Source: Blasia pusilla (lineage: Eukaryota). From it: 64,000 nt of DNA. The stretch is taken from positions 41,912,001 through 41,976,000 of the forward strand of contig CM114271.1 of the NCBI GenBank assembly GCA_050084515.1, written 5' to 3'. The notes beneath the pieces were generated by a model. The model was not told the origin of the DNA. It did not search any database and saw nothing but the letters and a program-made list of their open reading frames with translations. The position numbers and the translations under genes were made by a program. Position 1 is the stretch's first letter. Every line of letters begins with the position of its first letter. Of this stretch, positions 53,251 through 64,000 are shown one piece after another.

Positions 53251-54665
53251 TGGCCGAACAAGGCTCTGGAGATGGTGACGTAGGAGTCTTGGACTTGGGA
53301 GTGAAGCTCCCAGCCTTGCTTGCTTGAGTTTTTTTCCTCGTCATTGTTCCCGAAAATGCCTCCTATGGACAAGGAAATTTGTTTCTGTGCATGATGAGTC
53401 GCCTCGAGGAGTCACCTTGATGAGTCGCCTTGCTGATGTTGCAATGAGTCGCCTTGATTAGTCGCTTGAATCGTCTCGCGATCGTTTGCTCGAATCGTCT
53501 TGCGATCGCTCGCTCGAATCGACTCGCGATGAGTCGCCGTGTAAAGCGCCCCTTGGTATCTGGTCAACTGTTGCGCGGAAGAGCAATTGAGTTCACGAAA
53601 CCAATAACCGGAAATGAGCGAACCCTCGCCTATTTATACTTTTCGAGCCGTTGGGTTGCATTGTCGTTCCGACGGCGACGTGTCGGCCGTTATGGAAGTC
53701 TGGACGTGAAAACCACCAACCCAACAGCTCCGACGGGTTGCACGCTTCCCGCGGGATCTAGGCATCCGTCCATCCTAGCAACCCGTCGGAGACCAATAGG
53801 TTGCCTCGAGGAGTCGTCTTGAGGAGTCACCTTGCTGATGTTGCAATGAGTCGCCTTGATTAGTCGCTCGAATTGTCTCGCGATCGTTTGCTCGAATGGT
53901 CTTGCGATCGCTCGCTCGAATCATCTCGCGATGAGTCCATCCTGGAAACCCATCTTAGACCGACATGTTGCGCGCCTCCACCATCCTCGGGCAACAACGC
54001 GAGGTACCCGCGCAAACCGTCGGAGACCAGGGCGTTGCACGGGTCTTGGGATAACAAGGCGGGGCACCCGCGCAACTCGTCGGAGGCCGACGGGTTGCAC
54101 GCTTCCTTCATGTAATCGTTACAAGGCGAGGAACTTGCGCAACCCGCTGAGGCCGATGGGTTGTGCGCCTCCCCTATCTTTGGGCAAGAAGGCGGGGCAC
54201 CCGGGCACTCGTCGGAGGCCGACGCGTTGCATGCTTCCTTCATTTAAGTGTTACAAGGTTAGGCACTTGCGCAATCCATCCGAATCCGACGGGTTGCACG
54301 CTTCCCTTATCTTGGGGTAATAGGCGAGGTACCAGGGCAACATGTCCGTTAGCGACAGGTTGCACGCTTTTCTATCCCTCCGGTAACAATGCGACAACGC
54401 ATAGTTCCGAGGCAACCTTTAACAATCCGACGGGTCATAAGATCTACCCTGAGTTGGACAATCCCGCAAAAGTACCCAACGATTGGTTGCCTTAGCAAAT
54501 GCAAGCGATGTATCGTGTTTGATGCTAGCAGTCACTCATATTCTGTCAGGAGAATTTAAGTCCCTATTCGCTATAAATTAAACATTCTCATTCTCATTCT
54601 CATACCCATTCCCATTTTTATCCTCATTCTTATTATTAGTCTCCTCCCGGTGGAATCTTTCGGGA

Positions 54666-56221
54666 ATGGATAATTATGTGAAGCTCACTTATGGCAGTCA
54701 TCTAGTGGCCCTTCCTCAATCAGAAATCGTTCGACCGCAAGCTCGTGAGTCTTGAAATCATAGCAGTGGATGAAAATTTTCTCTCAGTTCGATTTCTTCT
54801 CCAAATTGGAACCATCTTTGTATCCAAGGATGTTAGGGTGGACGGTACGGAGGACATAATAGGTGAGACATTCCAGCTAGTGATTGCAGACCGTAAAGTA
54901 TGGAATCTCCTACCTCTAGAAAATGGTCAATATAGAGTTTACGGCTTGCCTCTTAATTCCTCAATTTCCCAAGTAGACGGTTGAGAATTTCCTAGTGCGC
55001 CGAGCTCTACGTTTGCAACTCCTACCTTAGTAGATCAGGCATTGATTCCAACTTCATACGCTCGTAACAATGTTGTACTTCCTGAAGACATTCCGAATGT
55101 CGTCAACCTCAGTGGATCTGTCGGACATCAACCGGGCCCTCTGTCCGCCTACTCGTTCCTCTTGCGAGTATCAGGCAATAGATTTCTATTGTCTCTGGCC
55201 TTGAAAATGTTCAAGCACATTCTTGTCGACGAACTGCCACCCACGTACGATGGTAATTGCATTTTTGAGTTGCCTCCACTTGCTGCTCCTGCTCAAAAGA
55301 AAGATGTAGGACGCTTGAAGGCTATGGACAGAAAGTATGATTGTCATCGATGGTGCAGGATTCAACGGACTAATGCTTCAATTCCAGATGGTCCTTGGAT
55401 TTTCTCCGGCCGCCAAAGCATTGGAGCCTTGGAGTGTAGAAGTCCAGCATGCCCGTATCTAGAGCGCAACAGGCGGGTCAATACGTCGCAATTCCCCCTC
55501 AAGAATGCAGAAACTCCATATGAGGTCAGTGCCACCATACCGCTGGATGGCCATCGATGTCCTCATTGTCAGGCATCCCCTTTCTACGTTGGAGCGTGTC
55601 CTGCATACATATTTTTCATTGTCCACGAATTTGGCTTCACGTCATAGTACACAAGGCTGGCAGTTCATGTTGGCTCCCACACTCATCCTGTGACCGATGC
55701 AATTCAGAGACACATCAAGGAGGATGTGGCGAAGAAAGTGGCCGAGGGCTACAGAAACTCTTCGGGTTCAAAGCCCGGAGTGATCAAGCTCACAACAACA
55801 TCACAAATTTGTGAACAATTTCTTGGAATCCCTGGACAGAGCGAGATCACGCCTGCTGAGGAGAAACAACTTTGGGAAAATCTCGCATTTCTCGCTGATC
55901 CTGAATGCTTCCGGAATTTGCTGCGTCAAATAAGGGTACTGGATGGAAAGACGGCCGAAATGGATGCCATTTCCAGAATCAAGGCCAACTCCAGATTTCC
56001 ATTCATTCAGAGATGGCAGTTCATGGGCCAGGGAGGCAAAGGATCCAAGGCCTATGTCTTCAAAATATCAACGACATGTCCGTCGAGTGGCCTCGATCTT
56101 ATAGATCGAATGAGGGAAGGGGAAAATCTTTACGGGAGCTGGGTAAGCTTTGATATTTTCTACAGAGTGCTGAACGGATGGTTGACAATGGGTGCTCACG
56201 TTTATGACCATGTGGAGGAGG
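54666..56221 (+). pseudogene. N-terminal half of the MULE-like transposase (GCM/WRKY-like Zn domain plus first catalytic strand)
   Basis: LPPTYDGNCIFELPP, MDRKYDCHRW, C..C...C..C...HVGSHTHP, WVSFD..RV.GWLTMGAHVYDH. In-frame stops at ~54982 and ~55645. TATAAAT near 54572. Confidence 0.72.
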
Positions 56222-56262
56222 CAATTCAGTGTAGTTTATTGACCTTGTCCCCGTTATGACAG

Positions 56263-56485
56263 GTGATAAAGCAGATGGCACTGATGGAGGGCCAGAACGC
56301 CCCAAAAATTCCACTTTGCCGATTGCGGACAATGGAGTACGTCCGCGAAATTCAGTCTGACGAGGATATTTCAAAGCTGAAACAATCGGCAGCGACAGCA
56401 TCCTACGTCGACAGCTTCCCTCCGTTCTATATTCAGCCTTACGATGAACATGGAACCGAAGGGCTGGTTACGGAGGAGGACTTGG
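56263..56485 (+). pseudogene. Next exon of cargo gene B (IPLCRL motif, possibly ParB/Srx-like), truncated
   Basis: ACAG acceptor at 56262, then VIKQMALMEGQNAPKIPLCRLRTMEYVREIQ...KLKQS, cut by the terminal-like repeat at ~56483. Confidence 0.45.
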
Positions 56486-57551
56486 AGGGGGGCTGGTATT
56501 TTGGCAGGAGAAAGGAAGAGAGGAAGAGAGGAGAGTCTCTCTTCAAAATAAAGGGCCAAATCCGCCTCCTCTCTTCAAAACTTTTTGACATATTTGAAAT
56601 TATTGTTTGCTTTCAAATTCATGAAATTTTTAGAAGAGAGTAGGCAGAGGTCCACATTTGGGCCAAACGAAACCTCCTTTTTCCAGGGGGCGAAAAACAA
56701 GTAGACATCATAAGACCACTACAAACATTTTTCCATCACTCTCCATGTGAGCCTAAATTTCTTCACATTGCCTGTCTCAGTCTACACTAAGCTGTGCCCA
56801 GGGCTATTTTTGTTGGAGGACCATTGGAAAATAATTTGACCAGAAGTAGCAATCTCATCTCAATGAAAGGTTCAAATAAAGACTCTAATGGTGGTCTCAA
56901 CAGACTACGGTGCTTTTCAAGGTTTAACTTCTCGGAATATTTGGTTGACATTATGGATTGACATCTCTTCTTGCAAAAGAAAGGCACAAGGAAATGCCTA
57001 TAAATGATTGTTGACTCTTCTTGCAGGAGGCATCAATACTCATCATACATTATGGAAAACCATTGGCAACATAGTACCAAAATGAGAATTTTTGAGCTTC
57101 CCCTATTCCCAAGTGTCTCTGAAGTATTAATGTATCATGAGACCTCACACGGATACGCATCGGGTACGATGCCAACCTCTCTTTTTGCAGGGATTGTTGC
57201 TTGCATCATGGCCTTCCCTGAATTGCCCCATAATGAATTCTCAAGACCAACTTTGTGAAATGTGAACACACAAGACGATAATTGAACCAAAAGATTGTTA
57301 GCTGTCTGGAGTAAAGAGGAACTGATGTCCCTTCATTCAGATCCTAAATTTGAGAAACCGAGAAGTTGCACCCCTCCCAATCCGTCAGAATTTTATAGGT
57401 TGCAACTCTTGCAACCCGTCGGAATCAGATGGCTTGCACCCCTTGCAAGCAAGCTCACCATAACTAAGGAAAGATTTTGAGAAGTGATTCCATTCCACCC
57501 TGCACCCACGAAGATCCAACTGGTTGGGAATCGGAAATGGCAATCCGACAA

Positions 57552-58655
57552 GTAGTAGGAATCCAGCACGTCTTAGAGAAGAAAAGAAGCCTACAATTGG
57601 TTTGATGATACTAGGGGAACGAGCCAAAAGTGAAGAAGCCCGCCAAAATGCCTCAGAAGTTGGTCTCATAGGGAAAGAGTTCGATCACTCAAGCAACCAA
57701 CCTGTCGGAATCCGATAGCTTGCGTGGAAATGGTTAAAAAGTTGCAGTGGTCAAAAAGTGAAAAGTTGCAACCCGTCGGAATCAGATGGGTTGCAAAATA
57801 AACATTGTGAGTAGCTAGACGAACACAATCGACAAGTCCAAAAAAAATATTCAGCAAACTTTTACAAACACCATCATCGTTTGAAAAATCTTGTCCTTTA
57901 TTACATCCGAAGGAAGCTCGAAAATGTATATTTGATCTAGTCTATGATTTCTTCAGCCTCGTCATCTACAAATTTACTCCTAACTCTCCTAGGTTCCTGT
58001 ACAAAAGGAATGTCCTAGGATACAAGTGGCTCCTCTGGCCGATTGTAGACGGGGATCGAAAATGTTGGCGAATTCGAGAGCCTTGGCACCCCTAGGTACA
58101 CCATAACGGTCCCATGTAACCTGATTTGAGTCCCACTGCCTTCCTCGGCAGTAAATCTTGTACGCTCTGCAAGGTAACATCCATCTAGTATCAATATGTG
58201 CTACGTCCTTGGAGACACCATCATGTCCTCAGCCCGGTAGTAGGAATCCAACACGTCTTAGAGAAGAGAGGAAGCCTAAGACTTTTTTGACAAAACTAGG
58301 GGAAGGTGCTAAAGTGAAGAAGCCCGCCAGAATGCCTGTAAAGTTGGACTAACAGGGAAAGAGTCCGATCACTCACGCAGCCAACCTGTCGAAATCCGAC
58401 ACGTTGCTTGGAAGTGGTTAAAAAGGTACAGTGGTCAAAAAGTGAAAAGTTGCAACCCGTGGCAATCCGACGGGTTGCAATATGAAGTGTCGGAGTACAT
58501 AGACAATCACAATCGATAAGACCAAAAAAGAAATTCAGCAAAATTTTACAAACACCATCATCGTTCAAAAAAATCTTGTCCTTTATTACATCTGAAGGAA
58601 GCTCGGAACTGTACATTTGATGTATTCTATGAATTCTTCTGCCTCGTCATCAAAT
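57552..58655. repeat. Diverged direct duplication (~420 bp; 57552-57975 and 58237-58655)
   Basis: Both copies begin GTAGTAGGAATCCA.CACGTCTTAGAGAAGA and are collinear. Confidence 0.8.
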
Positions 58656-58708
58656 AAGTCCTTACTCCAAAACGTTGCAGTCAAGCTGGGTCATTGAGTT
58701 CTTTGAAC

Positions 58709-60788
58709 TCACTCGTCATCGGTCGAGAGCTCTTCCAAAATTACTGTCAACCTTGCCCTCCCGATTTTCCGAATCGTGGGAAGTGACGATGGTGTCACTA
58801 CCAATGGTGGGTGTGGAACCGGAGCTGTCGGCTTCGGAGGAGAGTTGTACGCCCCAACTAGCCTATCATAATCTGCCTTTGCCTCTTTACAAAGGTCAAA
58901 CAGTTCCTGCCTTCCCTCAAGGCAGAGAATTTTCCTGCCACTCTGCCAGACGCCTCTGATACTCGCCCCTGAAAGGCCCACTAAGTCGAACACCAAGTCA
59001 CCCGGCTTTGAGCAGAGCTCAATGAGCATTTGCATCAGCGCTGGTGACTTTTCCCTTCCTCCAAGTAAGGGGTACCATTTTCCATGTAAATTCCCGGAGG
59101 GGGAATTGCATCAACTATCTAAGGTGTATCCATCCGAGCATGGATCAACTGGATCGAGGATCTGAAACACTTGGAAGTTGTGCTCGGGCCTTACAAAACA
59201 GTAGACAAAGGAGTGATCCATCTGGTAAGAAGCAGGTTGGAAAAAATGTCAACAACAAGAAAGAGCTAATTTCAGTATGCAACAACAAGAAAAGTATACT
59301 ATCAGAATGGTGACATAATGTGCAACTCGTTCCCAAAGAACTTCGCTTAACCCCAGATAACTTAGTTATAGTCATAACATTGGAGCAACCTGTCAGAGTC
59401 AGACGGGTTGTTTTACAAGTGTTTGCCATGAGCAACCTGTCGGAAGGCGACAGGTTGCTGGCTTAGAGCACCCCATGGTTGGCTAAGAGCAACCCGTCGC
59501 TTTCAGAAGGGTTGCATCATTCCAGAAACACAAGGAAAAAGCATAAGCACTTGCAATCCGTCGGGTTGCATTCACCCAATGGAGACTTGCATTCAATTTG
59601 CAACCCTTCGCTTTCAGACAGATTGCACCACCAAAGTCTCTAGCTCAAACAATCCGCCGGGTTGCATGCAAAGATGCAACCCGTTGGAGAAAGACAATTA
59701 GGATATGGATTTAGAGCCCTTACCCGGATTTGACTCGTCGTAGATCGGAGTGGGTACTCGTTCTTGATGACCCACGATTGCGCCGTCCTCCACTTCAACG
59801 ATCTCTTGACGCACTACAAGTTGAAGAGCTCGTCCTGGCTCCCTCCAGTCAAAACTAAGAAACAGCCCTTGTCATTGAGATAAGCGTCTGCAAAGGAAAA
59901 CAGGAGCGCAATCTGGTCATAAGAAAGAGGGACATTCCAGTCTAGGATACCGTGGGACAGATTCTCGTCCCACAAGCGCAACCCCGAGGGCAAATCAGCG
60001 ACGAGGAGATCCACCGCCACCTCTTCCACCTCCCCATGGACCGTCCAGGGAGCGTGCCCGTTTTGTTGAAGCTTCCGTCCCAGCATTGTCAATTTCTTGA
60101 TGGCGGGTGTTGATGCTTGGGAACTGAAACTTTTCAGCTCATCCAGAAGATTACTGCACTAAATGATGACGCTTGTCCGGGTTGTTGTTTCTCTATGTCT
60201 TCCCAAGGATGATGGAGTGTATTCCACATCCTGGTCTGCTCCCTGGGACAACCATGGCGCCTCTTGCTTCCGCTTCTCCCGAGTCTGCGGTCGGCTTGTT
60301 GGGGTCTCTATTACCTAGACTCTAGTGGAGTTTTTTTGCGGAGGACCTGGTCCGACCCTCTCTCCCCGCTCGCCCGGACGATTCGGCTCTCGCCTTGAAT
60401 TCTCAGCCTCTCTTTGGGAAGACTCGGCCTCGGAATTCTTCGATCCCCTCGCCTTGGATTTGAGACCCGTTGTAGATTTGTCCTTGGCGGTAACAACCTT
60501 GGACATCAACTCCGCTGTCTCGAGGGCTTGCTCCTCCGCATCTCCTTCGAAAAAGTCTTCAAGCTGCACAAAATTGGGGATGTTGTCCCTACCTGCGGCC
60601 ACTGCATCATAGAGAAGGCGTATATCTTCTTGGTTATGTCCTCATGGTCGTTGAAGTCCAGCCAGATCGGGCAATTCTCCACCTCCCAATCGAACATGCT
60701 TTGAGCCATCTCCATGTCGTACATGGAAAATGTCTCTCCATCAGGCGGAGAAGCCCACAATTTGTAGGCTGCCGGTATTTTTTGCCTT
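58709..60788 (-). pseudogene. Beta-class amino (N4-cytosine/N6-adenine) DNA methyltransferase-like gene, 5'-truncated (exons ~60788-59724 and 59221-58709)
   Basis: VDLLVADLPSG (DPPY-type strand) ...YLNDKGCFLV precedes GGREKSPALMQMLIELCSKPGDLVFDLVGLSGASIRGVWQSGRKILCLE, which resembles the N6_N4_Mtase SAM-binding end. Phase-0 intron 59723-59222. TAG stops and frameshifts are present. Confidence 0.72.
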
Positions 60789-63700
60789 GGGCCCAAGCTT
60801 AGGGGAGGTGAGAAACGACGCTTGACACAGTTCCTACGTGCTTATAGGAGTTGTTTTGCCTTAAGCATGAAGGAGTTGGGTGCTTTGGTTGGACCCGGTA
60901 TACGGATTGATTTGGCTAGTGATTCGCCAATCTTCCGTTGTCCCTAGCGATATAGTGATATGGAGAGGGACGTGATTCAGAGTAGGACATTAGATCTTTT
61001 GGAGGTTGGATTAGTGGAGTTGTCGCATGGAAAGTATGCATCAGCCACAGTCATGCCTGCTAAAAAGGATGTGCATGGCAACTACACGGTTAGGCGGATG
61101 TGTGGAGATTACCGTCCTATCAATCGGCAGACCAAGGCCGATAGGTATGCCATGCCTACACGTGAGGAGATCTTTGATGTGGTGGGACAGGCAAAGATTT
61201 TTAGTACTTTGGATCTTCGGGCAGGATACCATCAGTTGCCAATTCGAGAGAGTGACAAGGCCAAGACAACATTTTGGGGTGTCAACTCTCATGGCGGGGA
61301 TTGTTTGTACCACTGGAAATTCTTACCCTTTGGGTTGAAGAATGCACGTGCCGAGTTTCAGAGAGTGTTGGACAGGATCCTAGCAGGGTTGGATTTTGTT
61401 CGATGTTACATTGATGATATCTTGGTGTTCAGTAACACGATGGAGGAGCATCAGATACATTTGCAGATTGTGTTTGAGTTGTTGAAAGCTCATGGTCTAC
61501 GTTTGCATCCAGGAAAGTGTAAGTTCTTCCATGAGGATGTTGAGTACTTGGGTCATGTGATCTATCCAGGTGGTTTGGGAGTTCAACAAGCAAAGGTGGA
61601 GGCTATTGCACTTATTTCTCGTTCGGTGAGTAGAGTTCGGGCATTCATGGGATTAGCAAACTACTATCGGAGGTATGTGAAGGGATTTAGTGCTATGGCA
61701 AAGCCTTTGAACCAATTGCTGAAATCAGATAAGGAGTGGCACTAGGGAGATGATCAAGAGAGAGCTTTTGTGGAGCTCAAGGCCCAGTTGGTGACGGCGC
61801 CTATCTTGAGGAGACCTATTAGAGGGCGCCCATTTCAATTACACACTGATTGGAGTAGGTTGGAACTTGGAGCGGTGTTGACACAACATGATGATGAGCA
61901 CATGGAGTTTGTGGTGGCCTATGCAAGTCATTCGAATAATGCAACGGAGTCGCCCTACAGTTCATATGAGGGAGAGTGCTTGCCAGTAGTGTGGGCTGTG
62001 GCACACTTTAGGTGTTACTTGTTTGGCACACAGTTTACCCTTGTTATTGATCACCAGCCGCTCAAGTGGTTGATGGAGTCTGACAAGCTTAAAGGGAAGC
62101 TTGCACGTTGGGCTCTTATCTTACAAGAGTATGACTTCCAGGTGGTACATAGACCTGGAGTTGCCAACCTTGATGCTGATGGGTTGAGTAGGAACCCATG
62201 TACTAGCCAAGAGGATGCAACTGGGGCTAGATGGCATGGCGAGGTTGATGAGGAGATGATGCCAGGTTGGCATGCATCCGCCTTTTTATGTTGGTTAGGG
62301 GTGGACTCTAGTATGGAGGACCACATGACATCTTACTCTAGTCAGAGGGTAGATGGCCAGCCTTTAGATCCTAAGGTTGGAGATGGTGGTACGGATCAGC
62401 ATGATATTCATGATGATGCGTTGGTGTTGGAGTTCCTACAGACCAGCAGGGTGCTAAGCATAGTGAGTGCCAAGGAGCGAGACCGTGTTCTTCAACGTGC
62501 TAAGAGGTATTGATTGGAGGGAACACATATTCTCCGTGTGTGGGAGGATGGTAGAGTACGAGTAGTGCCGCATTTGGTTCAGTGAGAGCGCATTGTGCGA
62601 CATGCCCATGAGGAGTTGGGACATTTTGGGATAAATCGTATATATAGCTTATTCCTTGGTCAGTATTGGTGGCATGGCATGCATACTCAGGTGCACCACT
62701 TGGTGTTACGTTGTATGGTTTGTGACCGGCTGAGGGCATCATTCAATGCCCCTACACCATAGCTACATCCCTTGCCTGTTATGGGGTTGGGTTACCGTTG
62801 GAGTGTGGGCTTTGCCGGACCGTTACCGTCGACTGTACGACATTATCGATATGTGTTGGTGATGGTGGAGCACTTCTCCAAGTGGATTGAGTTGGTGGCA
62901 TTACCTGACAAGGCAAGTGAGGGAACTTCATATGCGTTTCTTGATAGAGTGCTTAGTCATTTTGGTGCACCATTGAAGTCTTGACCGACCAGTCTGAGTT
63001 TGAGTGAGTTTTAGGTCTTGTGTGACAAGGCGTTGATTGATCATCGGACCACGTCTCAAGATCATCCAGAGGCGCATGGTTTGGCTGAGCGTGTGGTTCA
63101 GACGGTGAAGAGGGCATTGCGCAAGTATGGCCTACAGAAGGGGCATCTTGGAGACTGGGATATTCAGTTGCCATGGTTAGCCATGGGGTATAGGTTCACT
63201 TGCCAAACATCCTTGGCTTCCTTCTCACCTTATTTTCTGTTATACGGCCGAGATCCAGACTTGCCCGCAGCAATTCGTTGGGAGTCTAGTCAGGTGGTGA
63301 ACCTTGATGACCCAGAGATGTGGATGAGAGTGTGTTTCTGGCGAGCTCTTTCGGAGAGTTATGCCACATGACCTTTGAGAATCTTGCCATTGCTCAACAC
63401 AAGGATACGCTGCGGTATGCAACCATTCGGGGTGGAGGTTATCGACCATCGATTTGTAGGTTCTATGTGGGGGACTATGTCTATTTGCAGCAGATTGCAT
63501 CGACAACGTTGGATGTGACGGCAGGCCGCACTATTTTACGAGTGCGCGAGGTGTTAGCTTCTGGAGTTCTCATGTTGGAGGGTCGTGATGGAGCTTTTTG
63601 GAAGGACCATGTGCGTAATTGTGCGCCATGTCATCTTCCAAATGTGGATGGTACTGTTGATCCAAGCTTAGCCATGATACGTGCTAGCTTGAGGTGCATG

Positions 63701-64000
63701 TTGTGTGGGTCTACTGGTAACGTAGCCCGTATGTTGGTGTGTGATCGGTGTTCTAGGGGTTGGCACATGATGTGTTTGACTCCACATATGGATGTTGTTC
63801 CTACTGGAAGGTGGATTTGTCCTCGATGTACTTAGGAGAGGTAGATGACTTGATCTTTGCATGATATGGATTACAAATGTGCGACTAACGATGGGGCAAC
63901 CTAGCACCCGGCCTCCTGATTCGTGCACCCAAGAAGGTAGATAGCATGTAGTAGATGTATAGGGCTACTTGGGAGTTAGAGGGACCTAACCGCGAGTTAA
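60788..64000 (+). mobile_element. 5'-truncated gypsy element of the PHD family: RT-RNase H-integrase-PHD
   Basis: RT YIDDIL (60960-61745), RNase H TDWS (61770-62513), integrase (62560-63690), intact C4HC3 PHD 63695-63835. Collinear with the minus-strand element at 6-12.5 kb. The window ends just before the expected PPT. Confidence 0.93.

Larger units (their letters stand above)
49654..60788. mobile_element. Large rearranged Mutator-like DNA transposon region (transposase, divergent cargo gene, amino-MTase-like gene)
   Basis: Similar terminal-like blocks (GGAAGAGAGGAAGAGAGGAGAG...) near 49670 and 56513 lie at the points where two genes are truncated. GCAACCCGTCGG palindromes occur throughout. 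Transposase and cargo ORFs are listed separately. Confidence 0.65.

Noticed and set aside
58709-60092. Bacterial contamination or restriction-modification system
   Set aside because: The MTase-like gene has a GT-AG intron and lies among plant transposons. No endonuclease partner is visible.

Overview
This is eukaryotic plant genomic DNA. The transposon families suggest a non-seed plant such as a liverwort or other bryophyte (inference). Bases 1-1941 hold the last six exons of a plastid PHT4;2-like anion/phosphate transporter. Nearly all of the rest is a nested, decayed transposon island. (1) A minus-strand Ty3/gypsy element (~5.3-26.3 kb) has the Pol order protease - DNMT3-like C5 cytosine methyltransferase - RT - RNase H - integrase - PHD finger. 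A CACTA element (7105-10493) and a young full-length gypsy element (17543-25988) interrupt it. A second, 5'-truncated copy of this PHD family starts near 60788. (2) Athila/Tat-like and chromovirus elements fill 28-47 kb. (3) At 47-60.8 kb a hAT fragment is followed by a P-element-like transposase, which is cut by a large Mutator-like DNA transposon (GCM-like domain + DDE + SWIM). An inversion with a 9-bp inverted duplication split both genes of the Mutator-like element, and both rejoin in frame when the segment is re-inverted. The same repeat-marked region carries a prokaryote-type beta-class amino (N4C/N6A) DNA methyltransferase-like gene. The main candidates for a novel system are these two independent transposon-borne DNA methyltransferases. 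All domain calls come from motifs read by eye, and all TE genes here are pseudogenised.
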